Shown here in pieces: positions 9,393 through 19,484 of a DNA stretch of 64,000 bases. Source of the DNA: Desulfobaccales bacterium (lineage in GTDB: Bacteria > Desulfobacterota > Desulfobaccia > Desulfobaccales > 0-14-0-80-60-11); NCBI GenBank assembly GCA_052326585.1, contig JBKQLU010000066.1:47167-111166 (forward strand). Reading direction: 5' to 3'. Both the position numbers and the translations under genes were made by a program. The notes beneath the pieces were generated by a model. That model ran no database searches. It was not told the origin of the DNA and saw only the letters and a list, made by a program, of their open reading frames with translations. Positions within the stretch are counted from its first letter, which is position 1, and every line of letters starts with the position of its first letter.

Positions 9393-10161
9393 GGGCTTCG
9401 CTCTCCCGGCGGAACTCCGGGGCGTTGGCGTAGAATTTACGGAAAGCCTGCACCAAACCCGCTTCGGAGACCCCAAAACGCTGACTGAACCAGGCAGCCA
9501 GGGAAGCGGTGTTGGGCGTCTCCTTGGGGCCATAGCAGCCGTAGCAGCCCCGGTGGTAGGTGGGGCACAGGGCCCCGCAACCGCCGTGGGTTACCGGCCC
9601 CAAGCATGGAGTGCCCATGACCATGACGCAGATGTTGCCCTGAGCCTTGCATTGCAGGCAGACGCTGTGAGGGGCCAGCCGCGGGGTGCAGCCGCTGAGA
9701 TAGGCGCTGATCACCTCCAGGAGCTGTCGTTTGTTGATGGGGCAGCCGTTGATCTGGTAGTCCACCTTGATATGGGCCGACAGCGGCGTGGACTGTTCCA
9801 GGGTCTGGATGTATTCCGGATGGGCGTAGACTGCATTAATGAAATTGTTAACGTTTTGGAAGTTGCGCAGGGCCTGGATGCCGCCGGAGCAGGCGCAGGT
9901 GCCCATGGCCACCAGGTATTTGGAGTCCCGGCGTACCTTTTTAATGAGTTCGGCGTCGTGGGCCGTGGTGATGGAGCCGTCCACCAGGGTCAGGTCGTAG
10001 GGGCCCTTGCCCATGACCCGGGAGGCCTCGACGAAAAAGGCCAGTTCCACCGCGCCGGTGATGGTCAGCAGCTCGTCTTCACAGTCCAGGAGCGATAGCT
10101 GGCAGCCGTCGCAGGAGGCGAATTTCCAGACCGAAAGCCGGGGCTTTTTTTTCAAGGCCAT
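9382..10161 (-). CDS. Group 3b hydrogenase small (delta) subunit
   Basis: [37 protein letters not shown] and GCYGCYG Fe-S motifs. Confidence 0.95.
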   Translation of the reverse strand: MALKKKPRLSVWKFASCDGCQLSLLDCEDELLTITGAVELAFFVEASRVMGKGPYDLTLVDGSITTAHDAELIKKVRRDSKYLVAMGTCACSGGIQALRNFQNVNNFINAVYAHPEYIQTLEQSTPLSAHIKVDYQINGCPINKRQLLEVISAYLSGCTPRLAPHSVCLQCKAQGNICVMVMGTPCLGPVTHGGCGALCPTYHRGCYGCYGPKETPNTASLAAWFSQRFGVSEAGLVQAFRKFYANAPEFRRESEAHEK

Positions 10162-10164
10162 GGG

Positions 10165-10986
10165 TCAGACCTCCCGCCGCTCGAACCAGTCTTTGACCAC
10201 ATCGTAGCGAAAGACCGGACCGTCTTTGCAGACGAAGAAGGGTCCCCACTGGCAGTGGCCGCACAGGCCCAGGCCGCATTTCATGTGGCGTTCCATGGAG
10301 ACGAAGATTTGCGCCGGCGCCAGGCCCCGGTTGAGAAGTTCGATTACGGTGTAGCGCATCATCAACTGGGGGCCGCATACCAGGGCGGTGGTGTTGGCCG
10401 GGTCGAAGCGGGCCCGGGGAATGACGGTGGTCACCACCCCGACGCTCCCTCGCCAGTCAGTCGGGGCGGTGTCTACCGAGACGTGCACCCTGAGGTCGAA
10501 GCGGCCCCGCCAGTCCTGTAGTTCCTGCCGGTAAAGCAGGTCCGCGGGGGTGCGGGCCCCATAAATCAACTCGAAGTTTCCGTAGTCCGGACGATGGCCA
10601 AGCAGGTGATATATGGCGGGCCTTAAGGGTGCCAGGCCCAAGCCGCCGGCTACGATGACCACGTCTTGGCCGGCCATTTCCGCCACCGGCCAGGGGACGC
10701 CGAAGGGACCCCGCACTCCCAATCGCGCCCCGGGGCGAGCCCGACACATAGCCCGGGTGACGTTGCCGACATTGCGCACCGTGTGTATCAGGCTTTGGGG
10801 GTGGGCCGGGTCGCCGCTGATGGAGATGGGCACCTCTCCCAAGCCGAAGGCGTAGAGCATGTTGAACTGCCCGGGCGCAAAGGCAAAGTCCGACGCCTCG
10901 CCGGGCCGGGCCAGGTCAAGGGTGAAGGTGTCGGCGGTTTCGCGTCGCACCCGTTGGATCTGGAAAATTTCCGGCAGCATATGCAC
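10165..10986 (-). CDS. Group 3b hydrogenase gamma subunit (FAD/NAD(P)-binding, 2Fe-2S)
   Basis: [25 protein letters not shown] and [17 protein letters not shown]. Confidence 0.95.
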   Translation of the reverse strand: MHMLPEIFQIQRVRRETADTFTLDLARPGEASDFAFAPGQFNMLYAFGLGEVPISISGDPAHPQSLIHTVRNVGNVTRAMCRARPGARLGVRGPFGVPWPVAEMAGQDVVIVAGGLGLAPLRPAIYHLLGHRPDYGNFELIYGARTPADLLYRQELQDWRGRFDLRVHVSVDTAPTDWRGSVGVVTTVIPRARFDPANTTALVCGPQLMMRYTVIELLNRGLAPAQIFVSMERHMKCGLGLCGHCQWGPFFVCKDGPVFRYDVVKDWFERREV

Positions 10987-11021
10987 CCCGCAGGGCGGGT
11001 CCGGAGACTATCCCCACCTGT

Positions 11022-11480
11022 CTAGTCCTGAAACATATCGGTGAGCTGCAGGCTGTATACCCGGAAACGCACCGCCAGCGAATCGGCGTAGCGTTTCAGG
11101 ATTTCGTAGCCCAGATCGTGGTTGGCCTCGCATTTTTCCCGGAGGCAGTTCACCTCGAGGCTCAGGGCTCGCGTGAGGCCTGCAGCCCGCGTGTCCGCGG
11201 GCCAGTGATAAGACTCGCGGTTAACCCAAAGCCAACCTAGCATGCCCCCTTCCCCTATGGTCTGCATGGTTATGGGCCCGCGCCGGGCGCTGAAGATTTC
11301 CACCGAGACCCGGCCTTGAAGAATCAGGTAGAACCTGGTAGCCTCCTCTCCGGCCCGGCAGAGAAACTGGCCGTCGGTAAAATTGAGCCGGGAGGCGCAG
11401 GCGGCCACTTCGTGGATAAGCCGCGGGGCCAGACCCTGGCAAAATGGATGGGCCGCCAAGATGGGCTCAAGGTTCTCCAT
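11022..11480 (-). CDS. Cyclic nucleotide-binding domain protein (no HTH) inside the hydrogenase operon
   Basis: cNMP-type pattern [29 protein letters not shown]; GGAGG RBS before MENLEP at 11480. Confidence 0.85.
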   Translation of the reverse strand: MENLEPILAAHPFCQGLAPRLIHEVAACASRLNFTDGQFLCRAGEEATRFYLILQGRVSVEIFSARRGPITMQTIGEGGMLGWLWVNRESYHWPADTRAAGLTRALSLEVNCLREKCEANHDLGYEILKRYADSLAVRFRVYSLQLTDMFQD

Positions 11481-12630
11481 GCTCGGTCTCCTCCTGGAGG
11501 ACTTCATTATTTCGAATGGCTCCGACTTCCTCGGTGAGGTCGATGCCCACCGGACACCAGGTTAGACAACGGCCGCAGCCGACGCAGCCGGAGCAGCCGA
11601 ACTGGTCGTGCCAGGTGGCCAGTTTGTGGGTCAGCCACTGGCGGTAACGCGACCGGGGCGAGGAGCGGATGCTGCCGCCATGAATGAAGGAATGATCCAC
11701 GGTAAAACAGACGTCCTGGCGGCGCCATCTTTCGGACGCGGCGCCGGTCAAGTCGGTGACATCTTCGACGGTGTGGCAGAAGCAGGTGGGGCAGACCCAG
11801 GTGCAGTTCCCGCAGTTGAGGCAGCGGGCCGTGACTTCGCCCCAGCGGCTATGTTCGTAATTGCGATAGAGGAGTTCCTTGAGGCCCCGAGTATCCAGCT
11901 CCCGGCCCATATTGGCTGCCATAGCCGCCACTACATTCTCGGCAGCCTCGACTTCCACGGCCGCGGCCGGTCGCAGGGGGACTGACCGGAGAACCCCGGC
12001 GCCCCGCTTGGTCCCCACTTCCACCAGGAAGTAATGTTTACCCTCCTCTAAAACCTCGGTGAGCGCCAGGTCGAAACCGGAAGTGGCCCTGGGGCCGCTG
12101 CCCATGGAGACGCAGAAACAGGTGCCGCAATCCCGGCCGCCGCAGTTGACCGCCAGGATGAAGGCCTGCTCCGAGCGGGCCTGATAAACCGGGTCAACGT
12201 GAGGGCCTTGCAGAAATACCCGGTCCTGGATCGCCATGGCGTGGAGGTCGCAGGCATGGACTCCGATGAAGGCGTAGCGGGGGACGTTCTCTGCCGACGG
12301 GTCAATCCGAAAGCCGTCGCCGTGGCGTTCGGCCCGCCAGAGCAGGTGGTGAGACGGAAACAGGAACTGCTTCCAGGACTGCTGGCCGACCCCATAGCCG
12401 AAGAGGGCCCGGTCGTCCCGCGGTTGCAGACGGAAGGCCCCGGGTTCCTGCGCGTCAGTCCAGCCCACGGGCAGGTCGGCCACCCCGGCCAAGTCGCCGT
12501 AGATCAACTGGCCATCCCTCAGAGTAGGCCCCACCATTCGGTAGCCCAGGCGGCCCACAGCTACTAGGAGCTGCGGAAAATCTGCCGCGGCCATCACCAA
12601 CTCGGCGCCAATTGACACTGGGGTAACCAT
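11467..12630 (-). CDS. Group 3b hydrogenase beta subunit (4Fe-4S dicluster, AsrA-like)
   Basis: [29 protein letters not shown] and RYRQWLTHK. Confidence 0.95.
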   Translation of the reverse strand: MVTPVSIGAELVMAAADFPQLLVAVGRLGYRMVGPTLRDGQLIYGDLAGVADLPVGWTDAQEPGAFRLQPRDDRALFGYGVGQQSWKQFLFPSHHLLWRAERHGDGFRIDPSAENVPRYAFIGVHACDLHAMAIQDRVFLQGPHVDPVYQARSEQAFILAVNCGGRDCGTCFCVSMGSGPRATSGFDLALTEVLEEGKHYFLVEVGTKRGAGVLRSVPLRPAAAVEVEAAENVVAAMAANMGRELDTRGLKELLYRNYEHSRWGEVTARCLNCGNCTWVCPTCFCHTVEDVTDLTGAASERWRRQDVCFTVDHSFIHGGSIRSSPRSRYRQWLTHKLATWHDQFGCSGCVGCGRCLTWCPVGIDLTEEVGAIRNNEVLQEETEHGEP

Positions 12631-12698
12631 GGCCCCCCAGCCCCCATTTTAAGGACTATTTGGCCAGAAATCACCAGTCCGCATATTCTTCGCCCTGG

Positions 12699-12727
12699 AA
12701 TATATGACTTGCCTTACCTGAGGTCAA
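12699..12727 (-). promoter_or_regulatory. Sigma70-type promoter of the hydrogenase operon
   Basis: Minus strand TTGACC-N17-TATATT, about 70 bp upstream of the beta-subunit start. Confidence 0.6.
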
Positions 12728-12824
12728 GAGAAAAATGGGGAAAAACAGGCTTGAGGAGGTGGAAAGCCGAAAAATTTTAAGGAGCCGGTTTTTTGACGAT
12801 CGGCGGACCTGGTTCGCCTTCCAA

Positions 12825-13997
12825 TCATTGCGGATACAACAGAAACTCCCGCCGCCTCTCCCTGAACCCGGCCAGATCCATTTGCCAGGAATCTTCCAGC
12901 GCCGCCGCGCTCAAGCCCCGCTCCAGCCCCAGGCGGACCGCGGCGTCCCCGGTGAGCAGGTCGATGGGCAGCCGTGAGGTCTCGTATTCATAGGGCGGCT
13001 GGCGCCAGGCGAATTGCTCCGGGTAGAGCTCCCGGATCGCCGCCAACAGGGCCAGGGTGGTGAAATAGGGCTTGAAACTTCCCCGGTCGATGACGTGTAG
13101 CTGGAAACCGCAGCACATCTGGCCGCTCCACTTGTGGAAGATGGGCTCAAAGCAGGCCTCCCGCAGGATCACCCCCGGCAGTTTCGGCAACAGGGTCCGC
13201 AACCGCGCCGGCTCCAGGAACGGCGCCCCGCAAAGTTCGAAGGGTTTGGTGGTGCCCCGCCCCTCCGAGAGATTGGTGCCCTCCAGGAGGACCTGGCCCG
13301 GATAGACCAGGGCTCCCTCCAGGGTGGGCAGATTGGGGGACGGCAATACCCAGGGCAGGCCGCTGGCATCGAAATAGTCGCGGCGCCGCCAGCCGGACAG
13401 GGGAACGACCTCCAGATCGCAGTCGATCTTCTGGGTGGCCTGGTAGTAGCGGGCCAACTCCCCCAGGGTAAGGCCATGGCGCATGGGCAGAGGATAAGGC
13501 CCCACCAGGGAAGCCCATTCCGGCCGCAGGATATTACCCTCCACCGCCGCGCCGCCGATGGGGTTGGGGCGGTCCAGGACCACCACCTTTTTGCCCAAGG
13601 GAGCTGCAGCCTCCATCATCTTGGCCAGGGTGGCGGCAAAAGTGTATACCCGGGCGCCGACATCCTGCAGGTCCACCAGCACGGCGTCCACCTCCGCCAG
13701 GGTCTCGGTGGGCGGCGCCATCCGGGGGCCATACAGGCTTATCACCGGCAGCTTTAGGAGTGGGTCTATGAAGTCGGCGGAGGAGATCATATTGTCCTGC
13801 TTCTCCCCCCACAGACCGTGCTGCGGGCTGAAGAGCACCCTAAGTTGCCCGGGAAAGCGGGCCGCCAGGAGTTCCCGGCTGGCGGTCAGATCAGCGGCCA
13901 CCGCCGCCGGGTGGCTCAGCAGCCCCAGCCTGGCCCGGGCCGCCCAGGCAGGCGGGTTGCGCAGAAAGCCTTCCATACCGGTAATTACCCGCCCCAT
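12825..13997 (-). CDS. namZ: Exo-beta-N-acetylmuramidase NamZ (DUF1343/YbbC family)
   Basis: FSPQHG, DLQDVGARVYTF, LDRPNPIGG, MRHGLTLGE, PSPNLP and SEGRGTT family motifs. Confidence 0.88.
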   Translation of the reverse strand: MGRVITGMEGFLRNPPAWAARARLGLLSHPAAVAADLTASRELLAARFPGQLRVLFSPQHGLWGEKQDNMISSADFIDPLLKLPVISLYGPRMAPPTETLAEVDAVLVDLQDVGARVYTFAATLAKMMEAAAPLGKKVVVLDRPNPIGGAAVEGNILRPEWASLVGPYPLPMRHGLTLGELARYYQATQKIDCDLEVVPLSGWRRRDYFDASGLPWVLPSPNLPTLEGALVYPGQVLLEGTNLSEGRGTTKPFELCGAPFLEPARLRTLLPKLPGVILREACFEPIFHKWSGQMCCGFQLHVIDRGSFKPYFTTLALLAAIRELYPEQFAWRQPPYEYETSRLPIDLLTGDAAVRLGLERGLSAAALEDSWQMDLAGFRERRREFLLYPQ

Positions 13998-14048
13998 GGG
14001 TCTCTCTCCCCAATTAAAAACCTAACCGCCCCCGGCTAGCCCCGGACG

Positions 14049-14073
14049 AAAAGAGGCGGGTTTAATACCCGCC
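14049..14073 (-). terminator. Intrinsic terminator after the GNAT gene
   Basis: GGCGGGT-TTAAT-ACCCGCC hairpin followed by TCTTTT on the minus strand. Confidence 0.55.
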
Positions 14074-14104
14074 CCGGTCTCACTGCGAGCCCCCTGCGCC
14101 GCCG

Positions 14105-14674
14105 CTAAAATTCCGCTTCCTCTCCCTTCACGACCGGGCGCATCAGCAACACCACGTCGTGGGTCACCCCATCCATGCGGATAAAATAGTCGTCTAGCAG
14201 CGCCTTATGCTCAAAACCGTGGGTCCTGAAGCCCTTGATCACCTTTTTGAGGTCGGCGACGATCTCCGCCTTCAGCCACTGGAGATTTTCCTGAAAGGCC
14301 AGGTTGATCATCTCCTCCAGCATCAGGGAGCCCAGTCCCAGGTTCCGGTGGCTGCGGGAGACATATATTCGGATCTCCCCGATATGCTTGGCCGAGTGTT
14401 TACCCCGGTGCAGGGTGGCGTCCGCGGCAATCTGATTGGTTTCCAAGTCCACCGCCAGCAATGGCAAGACCTTGTGGTAGTTGATGTTATCCAGCCAGTG
14501 GTTGACTACCTTGGGATCTTTGACATTTTGCTTGAGAAACCGGATATCCTCATCGGGAGCCGCCTGAAACAACTGGAGCAAGCCCTGGCGATCCTCCTGG
14601 TTGAGGAAGCGAAACATCATGCGTTTGCCGTTGCGCAGGGTGATGAACTTGCGGTAGGCGGGGTAATTGATCAT
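14105..14674 (-). CDS. GNAT family N-acetyltransferase
   Basis: Acetyl-CoA-binding motif A YVSRSHRNLGLGS; upstream TTGACA-N18-TATCAT promoter on the minus strand (about 14709-14738). Confidence 0.85.
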   Translation of the reverse strand: MINYPAYRKFITLRNGKRMMFRFLNQEDRQGLLQLFQAAPDEDIRFLKQNVKDPKVVNHWLDNINYHKVLPLLAVDLETNQIAADATLHRGKHSAKHIGEIRIYVSRSHRNLGLGSLMLEEMINLAFQENLQWLKAEIVADLKKVIKGFRTHGFEHKALLDDYFIRMDGVTHDVVLLMRPVVKGEEAEF

Positions 14675-15256
14675 GGCTGGCCTCAAAAATTTTTGGAAAT
14701 ATTAGGGAATGATATAACCGAGCGGTGAAATTTGTCAAGGAAAGTGGAGGGCCGCGCCGGCCAGGAGCCCGGACCCTGCCGCGGCCAGCCGCGAACCCCA
14801 GGCGTGAGAGGCCTCCCGCCCAGCCGGCGCCCCCATGGCTTCCGGCCCTGGCCGTTATTAGGATAAGTTATGAATATCGCTATGAAATATATTTTGGGGG
14901 GATTTTCCATATGCATGTAGCAAGGATACCGAATTTTGCAGCTGATTCTCCTTTACCCTTATGAAAATCGTCGGAAACGATAGGAAACGCGAGATGAACT
15001 GAAACCCCCAAAAGCCGCCGGGAAACCTGGCAAACCCTTTGGGCCGATGCTGCTTGCTATAAATCATATTGAATTTGCAGGATATTTTGTCGCGTGGGAC
15101 AGGCCCGCGTCACCATTGCCCCATTGCCCCGCAAGCCTTCCCCATATGGCTGCCGGCAAAGAGCCCGGGCTAAGGTTCATTGGGGGCCATCCCCTTTGAC
15201 CGGAATGGTCCCAAAAGTTAGCATCCGGTTAGCAAACGCAACGGCAGCGGGGGAAC

Positions 15257-16633
15257 ATGTCAAGCATTTGGGAAGCGGCCAAAGAGGTCATCAAGGGCGA
15301 GGTACCCTCCTCCACCTTCCACCTGTGGATCGAGCCCCTCCAGGTAGAAAACGGTCCCGGAGGCGAACTGCTGCTGGCCTGCCCCAATCCTTTTTCCATG
15401 AGATGGGTTCAGGGCCATTATCTGCCGCTAATCCGGCAGGCCCTGGAAAACCTGGGGCAGACGCCGCCGGGGGTGGCCTTGAAATTGCTCAACGCCCCTC
15501 CCCGGCCGCCGGTGATGCCGCGGCCGACCCAGCCGGCCTTGCCGCAAATGGCGCCGCCAACCCGCCAGAGCGGTCTTAATCAGGCCTTCACCTTTGATAA
15601 ATTCGTGGTCGGGGCCTCCAACCGCCTGGCCTATCAGGCTTCCCGGGCCCTGGCCAGGGATGACACCTTTTATAACCATCTCCTGTTCATTACCTCCAGC
15701 CCCGGTCTGGGCAAGAGCCATCTATCTCAGGCCATGGGCAACTTTATCAGCCAAACGGCCGGTGGCGGCAGGGTCTTGTATCTCACCGCGGAGAGTTTCG
15801 CCAACCAGATGGTAAGGGCCTTGAAAACTGGGCAGATGGCCGATTTCAAGGAGCGCTTCCGCCGCGACTGCGACATTCTGCTCCTGGAAGAGGTCCAGTT
15901 TTTAAGCGGCAAAGAGAAGATCCAGGCGGAGGTATGCTACACCCTGGATACCTTACTGAGCCGCCGCAAACGGCTGGTCTTCACCAGTTGTTATCTCCCC
16001 GGGGAGATCAGCCAACTTTCCCAGGAACTCCGTTCCCGGCTCACCGGCGGGGTCATCACCCCCATCGGCCCGCCGGACTTCCCCACCCGGGTGAATATCC
16101 TGGCCAAAAAGGCCGAGAGCCGGGGGGTGCAGGTCTCGGTGAAGATCCTGGAATACCTGGCCGAATACGTCAGCGGCGACGTCCGCCGCCTGGAGAGCGC
16201 CCTGGACTGCCTGCTGGCCCGGGCGTCCCTGCTCAGCCAGAGCCTCAGCCCATCCATGGCCCGGGAGGTCCTCCAGGACTTGCAGGCCGTGTCCAGCCGC
16301 CTGAGCATCCCGGAGATCCAAAAGATTATCTGCGACTATTATGGGGTGGGCCTGGCGGAACTCTTGGGGCGTTCCCGCCAGAAGCGGCTGGTGCGGGCCC
16401 GGCAGCTAGGTTTTTATTTAGCCCGCCTCTATACGGAAAAGACGCTGGCGGAGTTGGGGCTTCTCTTTCAGAGGAGCCACGCCACCGTGGTGCACGCCTT
16501 GCAAACCCTGGAGCGGGAACGCAAGACCAATCATCGCCTGTCCCAGGAAGTGCAGCTTCTGGAACAAAAGTTGGCCCAGGCGCAAGTCAGGTGGGGGTCG
16601 AAACCAGCATCCACTCTTCGCATTGATGCTTGA
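15257..16633 (+). CDS. dnaA: Chromosomal replication initiator DnaA or DnaA paralog with atypical motifs
   Basis: Domain I Trp, FTFDKFVVGASNRLA, PGLGKSHL, LRSRL and domain IV ARQLGFYLAR..RSHATVVHA. Confidence 0.85.
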   Translation: MSSIWEAAKEVIKGEVPSSTFHLWIEPLQVENGPGGELLLACPNPFSMRWVQGHYLPLIRQALENLGQTPPGVALKLLNAPPRPPVMPRPTQPALPQMAPPTRQSGLNQAFTFDKFVVGASNRLAYQASRALARDDTFYNHLLFITSSPGLGKSHLSQAMGNFISQTAGGGRVLYLTAESFANQMVRALKTGQMADFKERFRRDCDILLLEEVQFLSGKEKIQAEVCYTLDTLLSRRKRLVFTSCYLPGEISQLSQELRSRLTGGVITPIGPPDFPTRVNILAKKAESRGVQVSVKILEYLAEYVSGDVRRLESALDCLLARASLLSQSLSPSMAREVLQDLQAVSSRLSIPEIQKIICDYYGVGLAELLGRSRQKRLVRARQLGFYLARLYTEKTLAELGLLFQRSHATVVHALQTLERERKTNHRLSQEVQLLEQKLAQAQVRWGSKPASTLRIDA

Positions 16634-17291
16634 TAACCCGGCCCTCCACGATGAAGACAATGTCTTCGGCGATGTTGGTGGCCAGATCGGCGATACGCTC
16701 CAAATTCCGGACGATGATCAGAAAATGGTGCAGCCGCGTTACCCAGCGCGACTCCTGGACCATACAAGCCAGAATCTTCTGGACGTACTCATCGTCCAGC
16801 AGATCCACTTCCACATCCCGCTGACACACCTTGATAGCCAGCTTGGGGTCCTGGTGCACGAAGGCGTCAATGCTGCTGGTCACCATGCCCAGGGCCATGT
16901 CGGACATGATCTTGAGATCGATGGGGACCTGCAGGGGCTCGCTGCTGTTGAGTTCCAGGGCCCGTTCGGCGATATTCACCGCCTGATCGCCGATGCGCTC
17001 CAACTCGGTGGCGATACGCATGGCCGCGGTGGTCAGTCTCAGGTCCGAGGCCAGGGGCTGGCGCAAGGCCAGCAGCCTGAAGGCCTGTTCTTCAATGGCC
17101 AATTCCATGCGGTTCAGGGTAATATCGTCGATGATCACGTCCCGGGCCAGGTCGGAGTTACGGGTTGCCACCGAGATTATACTCTTGTCCACGGCGGCTT
17201 CGGCCAGGCTCCCCAGTTGCAGCAGATCCTGTTTGATCTGCTCCAGTTCCTGATCGAATTGCCGCACCATCTTCATGGGGGTCGCCATCAC
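16587..17291 (-). CDS. phoU: Phosphate signalling regulator PhoU
   Basis: QPLASDLR, ELERIGDQAVNIA and LERIADLATNIAE repeats. Confidence 0.95.
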   Translation of the reverse strand: MMATPMKMVRQFDQELEQIKQDLLQLGSLAEAAVDKSIISVATRNSDLARDVIIDDITLNRMELAIEEQAFRLLALRQPLASDLRLTTAAMRIATELERIGDQAVNIAERALELNSSEPLQVPIDLKIMSDMALGMVTSSIDAFVHQDPKLAIKVCQRDVEVDLLDDEYVQKILACMVQESRWVTRLHHFLIIVRNLERIADLATNIAEDIVFIVEGRVIKHQCEEWMLVSTPT

Positions 17292-17448
17292 TTCTTCTCC
17301 TCAAAACATATCGCATTTTACTATAAATCAGGAGAAAGATAAATAATCTATAAGAGATATCTGGGCGGCGACCTAAAATCTTTTTCTGGTGGGAGGTCTC
17401 GGTCACCAAACGCTCCTCGGGCGGCCTAAAGCCGGCGGAAAGGTAATC

Positions 17449-18381
17449 ATGAGAATCGCCATCATCGGACCCGGAGCCCTGGGTAGTCTCTTAGGGGCTC
17501 TGCTATTTGAGGCAGGGGAGCAGGTCACCCTGGTCGATTATCTCCCCGAGCGGGCGGCGCGGCTCCAGCGCCAGGGCCTCCGGTTGCGCACCCCGGCTGG
17601 CGGCGAGCGGCAGGTCCCGGTACCCATCGGCCTGCCGGGGGAAGCAGGCCCGGCGGAGCTAATCATCGTGGCCGTAAAGGCTCACCAGACCGGGGCGGCG
17701 GCCCTGAGTCTGAGGCCCTTGCTGGCGGAGAACGGCCTGATCCTCAGCTTGCAAAACGGTCTGGGCAACTTGGAGACGCTGGCTCTCGCGGCGGGACCCG
17801 AACGGCTGCTGGCGGGGGTGGCCAGGCTGGGCGTCACCAGGATGGCGGCGGGGGAGATTATCCTGGCCGGTGAGGGGCCGCTAATCATCGGAGTCCCCAG
17901 GGGCTCTCAGGTTTCCCCGGAGGAACTGGACCGGGTAGCGGCGGCGCTGCGCCGGGCCGGCCTGGACTGCCGTGAACAGCCGGACATCGAGGTGGCTTTG
18001 TGGGAAAAACTGCTGGTCAACGTCGGGATCAATCCCCTGACCGCCTTGTTGCGGGTGCCCAACGGGACGCTCCTGCATCTGCCCGAGGCCTGGGGGCTGG
18101 CGTTGGCCGCGGCCCGGGAGGCCCAGCGGGTGGCCCGGGCCACGGGGCTGGCCCTGGACCTGGACCCGGAAGAAGACCTGCGTCAGGCGTGCCAGGCCAC
18201 CGCGGCCAATCGCTCCTCCATGCTCCAGGACGTCCTGGCGGGCCGGTCCACGGAAATCGACGCCCTCAACGGCCAGGTGGCCTCCCGGGGTCAGGCCCTG
18301 GGGGTCCCCACCCCGGTAAACCGTTTTCTCACCCAAATCTTCCGGTCCTGGGGGCAGGCGGTCCAGTTTCGGGTCAGTTAA
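17449..18381 (+). CDS. panE: 2-dehydropantoate 2-reductase
   Basis: GPGALG, VKA, LQNGLG, WEKLLVN..INPLTA and SSMLQD..TEIDALNG. Confidence 0.93.
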   Translation: MRIAIIGPGALGSLLGALLFEAGEQVTLVDYLPERAARLQRQGLRLRTPAGGERQVPVPIGLPGEAGPAELIIVAVKAHQTGAAALSLRPLLAENGLILSLQNGLGNLETLALAAGPERLLAGVARLGVTRMAAGEIILAGEGPLIIGVPRGSQVSPEELDRVAAALRRAGLDCREQPDIEVALWEKLLVNVGINPLTALLRVPNGTLLHLPEAWGLALAAAREAQRVARATGLALDLDPEEDLRQACQATAANRSSMLQDVLAGRSTEIDALNGQVASRGQALGVPTPVNRFLTQIFRSWGQAVQFRVS

Positions 18382-18410
18382 GGCGGGCCCTGCCCATGGC
18401 CTGGAGACCG

Positions 18411-19484
18411 TCAGCGCGGGGCGGCGGGCCGGCCCGGCGAGGTCGCCAGCAGCGGCCCGGCGGGGGGCTCTCCGGCCACCGCCACCTTAGCCGCGGCCAG
18501 CCCGAACTCGGCCCGGTCCGCCAGGATCTTCCCGCAGATGGCCCGGGCCAGCAAGCGGTGCCCCTGGCTCCGTAAGTGGCCGCTGTCGGCGAAATAGGAG
18601 GGGCCACCATCTCCTTTGAATACCTCACTCATGGAGATGTGATATACCCCGGGACCGGCCAGGGCGGCGCACATGGCGTCCAGACCGTCGTCGTTCAGGC
18701 GCGGGGGTTGGCCGGCCTCCCTTTCTACCCGGCATTGGGAGATCAGCAGCAGCGGAATCCCGAGGCGGCGCACCATGGCGACGTTCTCCACCAATTTCTC
18801 CCGGGCCAGTTGAATGCGGGCGGCGATCTCCCCGGGGTCCCGGGAGGCGGCCACCTCGGCGTCGGCGTCGCTCACCGCGCATTTCAGGCGGACCTCCTCC
18901 GGCACCAGGGGCCAGAAAACCTTCTCTAAATTGGCCTCATAGAGACGCCGGAAGATGAAGACCTTCATCAGCCAGTGGCGCGGGTGCCAGCCCTGGAACT
19001 CCTGGCTGCGACGCCACTCCCGTTCGTCCTCCCACTTATTGCTGTCGTCGACATGCAAGACGACGAGGCTGGGTTCGAACTCCAAGACCTTCTTGAGGAC
19101 CACCTGACAGCGGCGGGCCCCATAGCCCGGTAACGCCATGTTGAAAGATTCCGCCTGGATGCCCTGCCGCCGCAGGTCCTCCCCCAGCACCCAGGGGTAG
19201 GCCTCTCTGAAGCTGGGCCCCCGGGGGACGGAGTCCCCTATCACGAAGATGCGGTAGCTGCCCGGGGGGCGCTGCCTCTGGAAAGATTGGGGATGGAAAC
19301 GGCGGCCGCCGGCCCGGAAAAGTTTCACCGTGCCGTCCTGATGCTCGGCGAATCCCGCCTGCGGGTCATAGCCGTAGGCGAACCGGCCATCGATATCCCG
19401 AGCGAAAAAGATGCGGGCGCCGATCTCGGAGAGAGCCAGCAGCGCCAACACCATCAGGAAAGCCGGAGTGAGGAGCCTTTTCAT
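18411..19484 (-). CDS. Membrane-anchored SGNH/GDSL hydrolase-like protein (O-acyltransferase partner)
   Basis: N-terminal TM, IGDSV and DSGH (DxxH); start MKRLLT overlaps the MBOAT stop (TGATG). Confidence 0.75.
   Translation of the reverse strand: MKRLLTPAFLMVLALLALSEIGARIFFARDIDGRFAYGYDPQAGFAEHQDGTVKLFRAGGRRFHPQSFQRQRPPGSYRIFVIGDSVPRGPSFREAYPWVLGEDLRRQGIQAESFNMALPGYGARRCQVVLKKVLEFEPSLVVLHVDDSNKWEDEREWRRSQEFQGWHPRHWLMKVFIFRRLYEANLEKVFWPLVPEEVRLKCAVSDADAEVAASRDPGEIAARIQLAREKLVENVAMVRRLGIPLLLISQCRVEREAGQPPRLNDDGLDAMCAALAGPGVYHISMSEVFKGDGGPSYFADSGHLRSQGHRLLARAICGKILADRAEFGLAAAKVAVAGEPPAGPLLATSPGRPAAPR

Noticed and set aside
9393-9533. N-terminal extensions in the supplied ORF track (hydrogenase large subunit, SGNH, OFOR beta, jag, lolD, U32, phoH, ybeY)
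   Set aside because: They overlap upstream genes or lack an RBS; downstream ATGs with RBS or stop-start coupling fit the family N-termini better.
15140-15200. c-di-GMP-I riboswitch-like words (GGCAAA..CTAA) upstream of dnaA
   Set aside because: The GNRA-capped P2 and the tetraloop-receptor arrangement are missing.
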